A stretch of 64,000 bases of DNA from Balanoglossus misakiensis (taxonomy: Eukaryota; Animalia; Hemichordata), in the NCBI GenBank assembly GCA_040954595.2, contig CM082580.2:14000242-14064241 (forward strand), given 5' to 3'. This document shows positions 27,371 to 39,970 of this stretch, in pieces. The number at the start of each line of letters is the position of its first letter. Position 1 is the stretch's first letter. The translations under genes and the position numbers were made by a program. The notes beneath the pieces were generated by a model. It ran no database searches. It was not told the DNA's origin and saw only the letters and a list, made by a program, of their open reading frames with translations.

Positions 27371-29387
27371 CACGAAATCCCTTTTTATTGACCGTCTTAT
27401 TCATACTAATTCACTAACACGACAATTAAAATACGTTAGCAGAATTCCTTCATGCCCTATACTCAATTGGTGTATATTTTCTTACATGTGCTTTGTGTCG
27501 ACCTGTGCTGTTCCTTCTTTGGAGACAGCTATCAAGGTAGGCCTATTGTAATAATCCTGTCGGATATCGTTGAAAGGAAAATTAATTTGCAATAAATACC
27601 ATCCACCAGCATAGAGTTCTTCATCTGTGGGATTAAATACTCCATGCCACAGCTGTGTTCAGACAACGTTTTTTCTGTAATGCGCTCTGGACAATCCACA
27701 GACAGCAGAATACCCATTCAAAATATATCAATCAGATGAAGAAATGAACTTATTGCTGAGAAAATCTGCAATGCTTTGAGGAAATTAGACGAATGTACGA
27801 TCTGAAACGATGATCCCGAGTATATTGTCAAAGTTTCATAATTTTACACTGGGATCAACATATAGAATGTTCCAAAACATAAAATATCAGTGTAGTGTCG
27901 ACATAAAGTTATAAAGAACGCCCTGTCTTTTACGTAAAATAGAGATAAACATTGTAGCAATTTTATCCGTAAGTATGCACGCGCTCTGACGTCATCATGA
28001 TCTGAGTTTGAAGGAGATGTTTCGTGTTGTATCTTCTGCTCAGTTTTCGTGGATAAAACGACAAGAATATTACCTCAGTTGGCCTAGAATTGCACATATC
28101 ATAAAGGTTGAGCGCTGTAGAAACTGCAGATATCTTGGAACAGGAAGGTTAGTGTTTTTTTATTCGAAAATCAAATATTGACCTCTGAGTTGTGTCGCTC
28201 TGTCGGTGACGGAAGCGATGTTACACTGCAGCCAAATAGAATCTAAGAAATGACAACGCGATGCTTTGGATTTCGTGTTATAATCTCTCGGGAATTTTAT
28301 TGTTTTCTGAGACGAGATGACCAGCTAGACATGGCATCTCGCGATTCGTTTCAATGTTGAATTTGATATTTTGACTGTCTTTAATAGCATGTCTCAGGGA
28401 ATTCGCATTCATCGGAAGCTATCTAGCTGTGATAACGCAGCTGTACCGTTGGGGTCACTGCTTTACCACAGCTAGAAGCTATCGTGAGTCGCTAAGCTGC
28501 GACTCTTCATAAACGAAAACCATAGCAAATATAACACTTCCAGACATTTAGAAGTGTGTAAACTTTTCTGGTAGTTGTACATTTAGTGTTAGAGTCACGC
28601 AGTCAACTGTCAAAATTGAATCACACTCGCATCACGGACAACACTCCATCACTGCACGGGTGTACGTGACCTCTATAAGTGCCTGCTCTTGATCACTATA
28701 TAACTAGACGGTAAACGTTATGCAGTGGATCAAAGTTTTAAAACTGGTCGACAGTCAGGAAGTACTAGTATTCATGAACAAGAGATTTATTCGATTCTCT
28801 AGCCATACTATGATAACTTGTGTTTATTGTGTGGTGAAACTGAACATAGACAGGCTGTGTTGCATTGTCTGGTGTTCCTCCATGTCTTGAAAGAAAATCA
28901 CTTCTCAAGTGCATTGTGATTGGTCGAACTTTAGGGCGGCCATATTGGATTTTCTGAAAACTGATGAAAACTTAAAATTCCGATTTCTAGCCTAAATATT
29001 AACCGCACACAAATTCTTCTTGTGGATATGAGCCATCATATGGCCAGAACTTGTCACAAATTTTGTGGCAATTTTCACATGACTTTTGACCAAGTTTTTT
29101 AAGAACCTAATAATACGTGCATATTTGTTAGATATATGCTACTTTACAGCAAATAGGTTGTAAATTATCTCGAATTTGCCATGTGACGCTAATAAACAGA
29201 AAATGCAGTCTATCAATAACACACGCTGATGTAACCAGTTATGATGGATTAGTGTACTTTTCCAAGCATGTTTATATACTACCGGTGCAATGCATTATGT
29301 TGTCTCATAAACTGGCGGTTGATAAGGTCGCTATCATCTCAAACGTGTTCAGTTGATGATGCATAGCTGTACTTCATGCAACCTGTC

Positions 29388-29413
29388 GGGGGGGGGGGGG
29401 GGGGGGAGGGGGT
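29388..29413 (+). repeat. Poly-G tract (G19 A G6)
   Basis: Directly visible homopolymer run. Confidence 0.9.
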
Positions 29414-32400
29414 GTCTGGGAGTGTTGACCTTTGCCGAAGATTCACGTCATTATCTGTAAATTACAACTACGGCAATTTTACATGTCTGAATCATCGAGG
29501 TATTAAATTGGTTGGATGTTTCTGTGCGTGATTAGGGTTCCTTTAACGACCCCATTTTGTACAATTTGTCTGCATGGCAGGACACGTCTTAAATCACCAA
29601 CGGTGTCGTTGCATCGAGTCTTGGGCGGGATGACAGTCACACAAATCTGACAAGCAAATTTGTGACCCATGTTTTCCTTCGCTATTCGGGCACTTTTAAT
29701 ATAAACGCAATTTGGAAACCTTAACATGACTAAGGCTCATGTGTCTATCTTTATGAAGGGGAATATAATATGAAGAAGACAAGGTTGCAGCAGTATGTAC
29801 GTGGAATATTGAAACTTTCGGGTGCGAAAGGGACTTAGGCAATTGGACTCTTCAGGTGGGAGTGAGTGTTGTATAAAGTTTGGAGTAATGACACCTTGGT
29901 GATAGAACGGCAGTCATTGAAAACATGGCAGTTGTTTTGGGCACAGGAATGAAAAATTGACATTATCCATGAAGGACGCCTAACCTGAATAAACTAAAAC
30001 TAATGGAAAGACCATTATTATAAGTGTCATAATATGACCTTTATAAACAAGTATCATCCTTTCCCCCCATTGTGTGTAATAGTGAAATTTTTAGTGAGTT
30101 GGAGGTAAAACGACAAAAAGCTGCATGTGTCCAGTATGGTCGGCAGCACCCAATGTTGTAACTCTCCTTTTATAGCAATTAAGATTGATGCGAAGACACT
30201 GTTCCCATGTAGCTCTCTATTCGGAGTCAATCGTTCAGAGCTTTTTAGTCAAGGGAATGCCCGCTGGATGGAAGGCCGCTACAATTGTGACGTATAATAC
30301 CGAAAGTGGCGTGATCGTTCTAAAATGCACCATAGTGTGGTATACATGTACTATATGAAATGGCGGCATTTATACATACATGTATAGGCACATTGTTGGC
30401 AAACCTTGAATGCTTGTGAAACTCCCGGCTATCAATTGGTACCTTATAAGTGCAGTAACATTGACCTATTAATTTGCAACAACATGGCATATTTTAAGAT
30501 GCTTCATCTACATATGCTTTGGTTTGCAGATATTTAAGTCTGTATTGAGTGATATTTTAGAGAACAAACCATTTTATTTGTGTGATTATGGGCCCACCCG
30601 CAGCCTTTAGTTATATGTGTGGTTCAACCGTTCGCGTGTACGATCGTATGACGTCCAATCAATGTTTTTTTTTAGCAAACAATGCAAGCGTTGTTTAATA
30701 TGTTGGATTGATGTGCAGAGAAGTAAAAGTTGGCGATAACATATCATCCCAACAACATTGTGAGATTTTGTTTTTATGGTTCCCCTAGAAGTAGATATTA
30801 TCACGTGATGAAGTTCCATCAACGTGCACGTGAAATATGCTCCTAAATACATGCCATGGTTTACTGCATAACATAAAAAAATCATGACAATATAAAATGG
30901 CGTTGGATGTTGCCACTGCCGTAAAACTCAACTGTTTTCCCGGCTTGTGATTGCTTGCTTCTTTCTGAGAGCAAACAAACCATTTCTTGTTTCCGTCCGC
31001 CAATAACAAATTGGCTTTCGAAAATCCTGCTGGATTAACCCAGAAAGGCCGAAAGCAACTTCCAGGGATACAATTCGTGTAAAGTGCACCGAGATGTTAT
31101 CCGCTGAAATTGTGCACTTTTCTAGAGAAACCAAGTCGGATCAGTGATGATCGTTCGAGGGCATGTTACTCCTACCTGGGCAACACCAGGGGTGAATAAT
31201 CTGCTATGTTTTTGTAGATTTTTTAGCATGACAGGAAAATGATACTTTAAATGCAAAATGACTGGCGTGTACGGTACGTGTTTCTCAGCCACTACGGTCG
31301 TGATAATCTATAAACTACCGGATATAACCGGTAAACTCCACGATGATATAAATGAAGGGTACCGATCAATATCATTTGATTGACAAGATGCGCATCCCTT
31401 TTGTCCACGTTACTATGAACACGTCAAAGCCAGCCTTTTATAACATGTAAATTAGATTAATCGGAGCTACATCCTACACCGATTTCTGGTTTGACCTTTG
31501 ACACAAGCTGTAACATGAATGTTAAATGACACCTTTATGGAGGATTAAACTTGGGTGTTTTATTTCCAATTTCATTTCATCTCATTAATATTCCGCAGAT
31601 TGATATTTTGCATATGTAAACCAAAACAGTACTTGATTTACAACTGATTTACTCTTTAAAGTTAATTATAAATGTATCGGGATATTTTGAAAACAACAAC
31701 ATGCATATTATACCGGTATGTTTTTCCCTTGTCACTCGATTGAAATATGTTTGTTTTATACAGATACAGTTAACCTACAGGCAAATTATATGAGCGTAGT
31801 ACAATTTAATCTCATCTTGAAATGCGTCCCCATTAAAATGTAATGTGATGGTAAAATTGGTTGTGTAACTGAACAGGGTCAGGTTACCCTATATATAAGG
31901 GTTCTAAGAAAATCTATGCATTTGTTCGTGGGACAGCATGAAGCGCTTTTACGTCTATAACCTCAGCCTAACTTGACCGAATAGACCAGCTGTCCCGATA
32001 GCATGCATATTTAATGGTCACATTGTTTTGAACTTGTGGGCCTTAATTGAATAAGTAAAATGCTGTCTTCTTGTGACACTTAATCAATACTTTATCTGAA
32101 AATTGAGGTCTTTGCATTTACACATTAACTGTGGAAATATCACCTCTGTTGACCGTGCTTGTCCCTTGAGCGATCGTTAAATCTTTAAACAGATGAGAAA
32201 GTGGTGAGGGTAAAGGGTTTTTACACCGCATTCCCAGGGACATGAAAAATCTTCATCATTCTAAAAATCCGTACAGAACGCCACCTGAAAAGGCCAGTCA
32301 TTTATAAAGCTATTAAGAGCTGTGGTGAATCAGAGACACTGTTGATGAGTTACTCTACAAGTACGCACAATCGTCATCACTCCGTTAAGGTTGGGTACCC

Positions 32401-32667
32401 GGGGAAATCCTGTAATAAGTCCACTACAACACCCGCAATCTGAAATCTGTCACCTTCACGCAATAAACGGATTATGTTGATACTGCATTAAACTTGATCA
32501 TTGTGAGACAGTAATTGCACTATTTGAAAAGGCCAGGTCTTTATCCAGGGACACAAAATGCATGTTCGAAAACAGCACGCATCAAATCCATATCCTAGAG
32601 GATTGTTGAAGAAAGAGGTCAAACAAGCCGCTAGAGGATTTCTGTGTCAGTAAAACCTCTATAATAC

Positions 32668-32731
32668 TAGTGTAGTGTAGTGTAGTGTAGTGTAGTGTAG
32701 TGTAGTGTAGTGTAGTGTAGTGCTAGTGTAG
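32668..32731 (+). repeat. (TAGTG)n pentanucleotide microsatellite
   Basis: About 11 perfect units then degenerate ones; followed by short degenerate AATCT repeats at ~32764-32797. Confidence 0.95.
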
Positions 32732-34636
32732 TCAGTGTACTGTAATCAAATTATACTCAATTTTAATCTAATCTTATCTAATCTAATTATAATCTAATGT
32801 GTATGGTCTCATTCAAACACACCAGAGAACATGTCTTTGCAATGAACTGTATCACACACACACATTTACGATTTGGATGATAAAAGAGGATAACCCTCCT
32901 GCGGAGGAGTGTAACAGGAGCTGCGTATGTGGCAATTAATCCAAACTGGCAAAAGCGCGCGACATCTGTGGGTGTCGAGTTTTATGTCAGGTACAGCACA
33001 TCATATCCGCAGATAATGACCAGCGGTAGACAACAAGACGACTTTTCGCAGTGCGTGTCAGGCATCATAAAATATTACGAGTCAGTGACAAGATGATGTT
33101 GGCTGTCTTTGTCACTGCACAGCTGTAAGTCCGCGCGATGAAAATGACTTGCGCTATTGACCATCTTTAGGTTTGTACGTTGACACATCAAATGTTAGTG
33201 TCGTTAACGAAAGAGGTAATTAACTCATAAATGGTCGTTAGAGATAGGATTAGGTTAATGAAAAGTCTGGTCTGACTTTTTATGCAGTGCTTGGATTGTA
33301 TTGTACCGGGTAGTTCTATACTTGGAGGTTAAAGCGCTGGCCATCTTCACCGTATATTGAGGACTTGTTATCATTCATTCTCAAGTCTTGTCGTCCATTC
33401 ATGAAACTTGATTAAAGTTTACCTATTTGATTTAAACTACAAATGTGCTTCAACTTCTTTCCTATCACAGTCAACAGACGCGCTAAGTGAAATCACGGAT
33501 GGGAACTTCTCACATCCACGTGTTGTTGCGACGTGAACCGTTTTTATTTTCTCCTAGATGCAAATCACTGCGCTTTGTGCACCCATACATGTATCTGTCA
33601 ACGTGTTTCTGTTATCTGACTATTTAATGATGAACCTTGTGTTCTTCAAAGAATATCTCCCAACCGTCCACCTTGACATTGTGGCACGAAAAGTAATGTG
33701 TGTATACCTGCAAGCATTTCCGTTTATCTGAAGGGAGACGGCAAATTTGAGATTTGAGATTATTTTTAAATTACCGTCATGATCAATCCATTGTGTATAC
33801 ATCATTTTTACTGAGAACTGTTCCTCAGATTGAGGCTGATGTCTTTCTTAGAATTATGTATGACCTGGTGCCACTTAGGAGTAATGAAATCATCAAAAAT
33901 GATCAAACTAAAATTTACATGTCGTGTATTTCGCCAGATAATGCATTTATAATTCGAAGGATTCTCCCGGTACCAGTATGTCATTTGTGCCCAATGACGT
34001 CACATCCATGGCAACCACATGCAAATAGGTGATATCAACACTGATGTTTGTATTGAATGTCGGTGTCTCCACTTGCGGGGAAACGGTTTTCTCCGCTTTG
34101 CTTATCAAAGGTCAAATTAGTAATCATTGGTGGTGATTTCAAAGAACGATACTATCGCATGATGTGCTTTCTATTCTAAATGCTTACATTGAGGAATTAT
34201 TCCAGGTCACAATATTCCAGCTGCACATGCATATCTGACTCAGAAACTAATGTTGCATCAAAACTTAGATTGTGAATGTGCGCATGTTAATCGACAGGTA
34301 GCCAAAAAAACACATAATGCATTCATGAATACAAACGGTCCGCGGTAATGATCCGTCTCGGCATTTAGCCATTCTAAACGGATGGTTTGGTCACATTAAG
34401 CTATAATGTTAGTCGTTGGCATCACATACAGTCCATCTGTTGCAATCAATCGATGATTGCAATAATAGCTACTTTGCTGTTTACCGAAGAGGCGTTGCAA
34501 TTAAGTAGCAACCAGCAACACTAAAGTCTGCTGCCGGTCGAATATAAAACAATCATTGGACTAAGATCAACATGAAAAATAACATTCCCCTGTACCGTAC
34601 CGGTCTTGTAAAAAGTAAGCCAATAATGTTTTGAAT

Positions 34637-34682
34637 TAATGAATGAATGATTGATACATTGATTGATTGATTGATTGACTGA
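34637..34682 (+). repeat. Compound (AATG)n/(ATTG)n microsatellite
   Basis: Directly visible tetranucleotide repeats. Confidence 0.8.
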
Positions 34683-37600
34683 GTAGTTTCGGAATTCATC
34701 GAATAATGAGAAGTGTTACGTCAACATCATTTGAATTATAAAGGCTATGGAACTTTGACAAGTTTTGGAACATGAGAATCATCATGCAAAATTATGGCGG
34801 GCAAAATTCTCTTGAAAGACGAGAACTACTATGGCACGCTGAGCAAAATTTACAAGGCTGGAGAAACACAATGGTGGTGATAAATCACACGTAATTCAGG
34901 AGCCTGGTGGCACCTGATCCGAGTATCAATCAATTGTGGTCACTGCACATAAAAGTATGAACATCTGCGTTTACATGTCGGATGTAATATTTACCGATTT
35001 TACTTGTCGAGAATTTTGGCGAGGCAAAAAATAAATTGTGTCTGTTATTTCACTACACCTGGTTTTGTTTTCTTGCTTATTTTGTTTTAGTTTGCTCATG
35101 GCAATTATAAATACAGGTTGCAATTTCGAAGTGACAGCGATGTAAGTACACATATCTTTTATGGTAAACACACGAGGATGTGAAATTACAATGAACATTC
35201 GCGAACCTATTATTTTGTGTCGTACTAGCTGGACTCATGTGCGCATGCGTACTGATGTCCAATAACAAGAAGTGCAAACCTGGAAAATCGAGTGTTGCTG
35301 TAACTGTGACGGTATTGTCGACGAGTTTCACCAATGGGGAATACGTACATGTATACAAGGAACTAGACTTCGCGTACACGCTGCATTTCGTCCTCTCTTG
35401 GATTCGCACTGGTACAGCACTCTGATTGAATTGAAACGAGATTTAAATAGTGACCAAATGTTAGAATGTTTATTTCTGGGTCAGAAGAGACGACAATTAT
35501 TGGCAAATGCCATGCAGCCTGAAATGTTTAGATATATGACCATAAGCACTGCTAAATCGAAGTTGTTTGCAAACCTGGTCCGTGAAATCACTAACATTGA
35601 TTCTCTCTGTCGTTTACCAACAGGGAGTGCAGCTTATTCTCGCCACTGATCCTGAACGTCCGTCAGAGGTAGACAATGACAGCGGTGATAACCAGCAAAG
35701 ATGCCTGCCTTCAGCAGTTCGACCAGTTCAATGAAACCACTAACGGTAAGTATGCTTTCCATATCTGCCTACAGCAAGCCATTTTCACGTCCCATCTGAG
35801 TGAAAGTCATCGCAAAGCCAAACATTTAGTTTACATGGCTACATGTATTATGCTGCGGCCATGACCTTCATGAATTTAGAATGCAAAAGAAACCCGCTGG
35901 TGATCATTCCTTATAAAAATCGCTGTGTATCTCATGTCGCCCATAATAATTGAAAACGGGTCGATACGATCACTCGACCGATCGTTTTGCCTGCTGTCTA
36001 CTTCTACATGCATGCAAGCACTGTAATTTCAGCTGAAAGTCAGGTTAACACTTTCAGTCGAGTACAAACAGATGAAAGGCACATACTCTCCCAGATTCTT
36101 GCAAGCGCTTTGTCGACTTTCGAGCCACAAATTCCAAATGTTGCAAAGTAAACCTTCATATTTTAAATCTATGCTAAAGATGATGAACTTGATTTCATTT
36201 TCATTGCTGAAAATAAGATTCTTGGATGTAGTCGGATAATGTTGGCCCCCTGTGTGCGCAATCTGGAGAAAGGGGGTTCCTTCTAGATACTCTTACATCA
36301 CTGGCAAACAACGTCGATAGGCACTTATCACCTGTGATAATGCCAACTTGTTTCTTGCAGTAGTTGTCAGATGAAACCCAACATGTACGGCGTTGTCGAT
36401 CGAACAAAAATCAGACACCATGCATACTACCGGTACACGTGACTAGACAATTTCAAGCAGGGATAAGAAGTCTGATTCTTTTGCAGTGACGGAAAGAGAT
36501 TATCGTGCTGTGTTCGGTTTATAATTACAATAACGACATGAAACAGTGTTCCTCAGTGTCTGTCCGCTTTACCGTGACGTAACACGAAACTTTGGCCATA
36601 GGCGATCCCGTGTTGGTGGTTTCGTGTTCATGTGATTAAAGAATGAAGCAACGACACTGAATGCGACATCCCCGGGCAGTCTCCTGCTCCTTCTATACAC
36701 AACGATTTGATTCGACTTTGATGAGTCAACTCAAATATAATTGATTACCAGCATGAGATGCACGACCCTTTCTCTGGGTTACACTGCTGCGATGTTGAGC
36801 TTCGGAAAATTCTCTTACAATCAAATTGCCTTCTTCACACGTGACTAGCGTGCATATACGTACATGTTTTTCTCCTCGCCTGACACTACTTTTAATGTTA
36901 GTAGAGCAATATCGATGAATTCTCATTTGAATGAAACATACAAATTTATATCGAAAGTCGTTCAAGAAGAATCGATACATTTCAACTTTGACCCCCGAGT
37001 TGTAAGCCTTTACGTTTTTCGTCACATGTTTTCTCAGAGAGTTGAAGTAATTTGATATGATGTCTAACCCATAACCGTATATAATTCTCTCTTTTACGTG
37101 TGTCTTGTTTGCATCTACCTCGCTCGTTCAAGACATGTTAGAGACTAGCACTATTGAGACATATGAGTTCTGACATAATATGTCGGGGAAATGTCCAGCA
37201 AATATGGTAATAGAATTTGCAGTCGTTCCCTAAGGGCTCTTGCTCGCAACGTTCAGCGATTAATTCCATTCATTGATGCAATTCAAATCCAGTTTAGCGC
37301 TGTACCCGCTAATATTTCAATCTGGTTCTTTTATCGACCAAGTGGCAGACTCGTACTCGTATCTTCACAGAATTGTCTTTCTAGGAAGGAGATAGAGCGA
37401 TTTTGACATTCAAATAACCAGGAGACATGCACACATAGTACTTTCAACCTTTCAACACATGTGGTATTTCGCAAAAAGGACAAATCAGTACTCCAGTTGA
37501 GTTCTTGTGATATACATTACCACTTTTATTTAATTAGGTTATTATAAAAAATTGTAGACATGGTCTGTAAACTTTGAGCCACATGTAGGGAAATGCCCAC

Positions 37601-39867
37601 CAAGCACGCTTTTATTCATACAGTCGTTATTACAACTCACACACACTATACTGCCAGATTATGGGCATTATTGGCTCTCCTGGAGGGTCAACGTTGAGAG
37701 ACATGGGAATTAATAGCCGCCCATTATCACTGTCTTCATGCCGGCCAACCCCATCCATCATCCTTAATGTGTAGATCTACTTTGTGCTATAACCAAAGAA
37801 TAATGCACGTACGGAAATGTATAGCGTAGACGCATGGGTTCGTATAAGTCATAATAGATTTAAAAGGGACTCCTAAATCATGATGGATTTAACGATGAAC
37901 AGCCTATCTGATCAAGTCAGATGGAGCAGGTGTCTGGGCAGGAGTGTACACCACCTGTACAGGTTCATTTTGCGGATGATATGGACAACACAGCAGTGGT
38001 TCTCATAGACATCGAGCAATGGCCACTTCACCTGTATAGAAACAATCATGTTAGAGATGTTTGATTGACGATATCTCATATAAGACAGCAGCATGTTAAT
38101 GATTTTGAACCTGCCATAATCATCGATCAATATTGAGAATATTGAGCGAACAAAACACATATTCCGCCAGCTATGTGACCATCAATTCTTCTTTATAATA
38201 ATATTAAAATTAATAAATAAACACAATTTTCCCCTTCGTCCAGCAGATATTCAGTGCCTTATGAGTCAGCTGGGCGTATTCTTCAGTTTGTCTCTACTGT
38301 TCAATTCCAGTATGGTTAATTTGTGGAAAATTGTGGATTAATTCATTTGTGTGGAAAATTCTCCATGTAACTTTATATGCATGTGAGCCTTTGAAGTTCG
38401 ATTTTTTTCCTCTCTCGTTTCATGCTTCGATCTCTCCCACATATTTCTGTATTCTTGTATCATTTTACATGTGGTTTTAATATACGGTTGCATTTGTGCA
38501 AACATTGCGTGAAAAACCCGATCCTAGAGTTTTAATGTGATGATCTGAGTAGTGGAGATTCACTCGTAACGTAGATGGTTGAGTAGATTTTGCTTTATAG
38601 AACTTGGAGAATTTACGCAGCGTGTCTGTAGAATATTATGACAAGAGTAAAGAGAAGAAAAGAGATGCGACCAACTTTTCGACAAACCTGCGGCTTTAAA
38701 AATCATACTGATACAAGGATTCGTGACCTCATTTCAGATAATTCTTTAAAATGTTCCATTTATAGGTGCAATATGGGACAGCGAACATAATCCCTCTCAA
38801 AACACTTGTGAATACCTGTGATACAGCATTATCCATCGTAATTCGAAACATATCTGGAATTTCTGTACTCGTTAGTGTTATTGTAACACCCCACACAGGT
38901 AGGCCTAAAGGGAGAATTTTTAGTCATTTGCAAGATGTGAGGGTTGGAACTGCACTCACGTCATGATTAACAAACACTTTGAGATCTGGCTGAGCCAAAT
39001 CCCGACATTTGAAGAGCTGTTAGGAAGTTAGAACACAAGCGCACGTCGAATTGAAAAACCTAATTTGACGACATTAAGGTGGCATGATTGGTTACGTATG
39101 TGTCAATCACTTGAAAAGAAAGACTGTCGCGACCGGGACATTGTAATCCAAGCTTCGTCTTTTGAAACGTTTTATAGCAAGCTCTTAAAATAATATCCAG
39201 TTTCATACGGAACAAATGCCGTCTCAAGAGTAATTAAAATTTAGCCGAAAATGACTGTAATGCATGTAATCCGAGAAATTTTCTATAGGTTTGAAAAAAA
39301 AATCGACTTTTAATGAGCGACCCAGGTAATTTCTATGTATTTGGTGTTAAATTCTAGCCATAATTTACACGTGTTGCGCTTCCATATGACTAGTCATTTC
39401 TCCCTCTGGAGACTTATTTACAGAGACAGCTTCTGGGTGAAACTGTCTGATGTTATACTATGTAGTGGAAACAAAACACATGAACATTGTTCAAATCGAG
39501 AAGGTATGCAGCTTATCCTCCATTTTAATCGAAGCCATATCTCGAAACGAGAATTGTAAAGGTTACATGCAGCGTAAGGTACACTTTAGCAACCAACCAG
39601 ACAGGAACATTTCATCGGTGAAGCGCGATCATATCTGTCTCCATGGTGTAAACAGGGTGCTCTCTACTGCCTAAATAGTGCCATTAACTTTATTGATTGG
39701 TCAGTTTAGCTAGAAAGCTTCTCTTCCTGTCACTCGATTCATTTAAACGTTCAAATTGTATTAGTCTCATGAGAATGTGAAGGGAGCCTCAGACATTAGT
39801 GCTGTGCGGTAAACCTGGAGAGTGAACACTAACAGGATGGTTCTATCCCGTCCCTGAGATCTCGGAA

Positions 39868-39970
39868 ATGGTCGCGCGCTTAAATGTTTTGCTGATCACG
39901 TCGCTTCTAGAAAAGTGCCTAGAAGATTTCAGATATTACACAGGATTGTACTACAGACATTCGGCGTCTG
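39868..39970 (+). CDS. Candidate first coding exon of the PDFR-like gene
   Basis: ATG in good context (gaaATGG) gives MVARLNVLLITSLLEKCLEDFRYYTGLYYRHSAS plus 1 nt, ending at a phase-1 GT (CTG|GTTTTG). This fits the phase-1 acceptor at 47090 and would supply the missing first Cys of the hormone-binding domain. The donor is weak. Confidence 0.3.

Noticed and set aside
28890-29100. Segment with GGCGGCCATATTGGATTTT resembling interspersed-repeat sequence
   Set aside because: No second copy, terminal repeats or target-site duplication could be defined in the window.
32668-32800. Regular repeats that might suggest a CRISPR-like array
   Set aside because: Pure microsatellite without spacers, in a eukaryotic context with no cas genes.
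33093-33130. ATG...MMLAVFVTAQ followed by GTAAGT, a possible signal-peptide exon for the class B receptor
   Set aside because: Very short and phase 2; no compatible linking exon to the phase-1 acceptor at 47090 was found.
37880-38160. GC-richer, CpG-poor patch with short ORFs on both strands
   Set aside because: No frame resembles a protein family I recognise; may be a decayed insertion but cannot be supported without a search.
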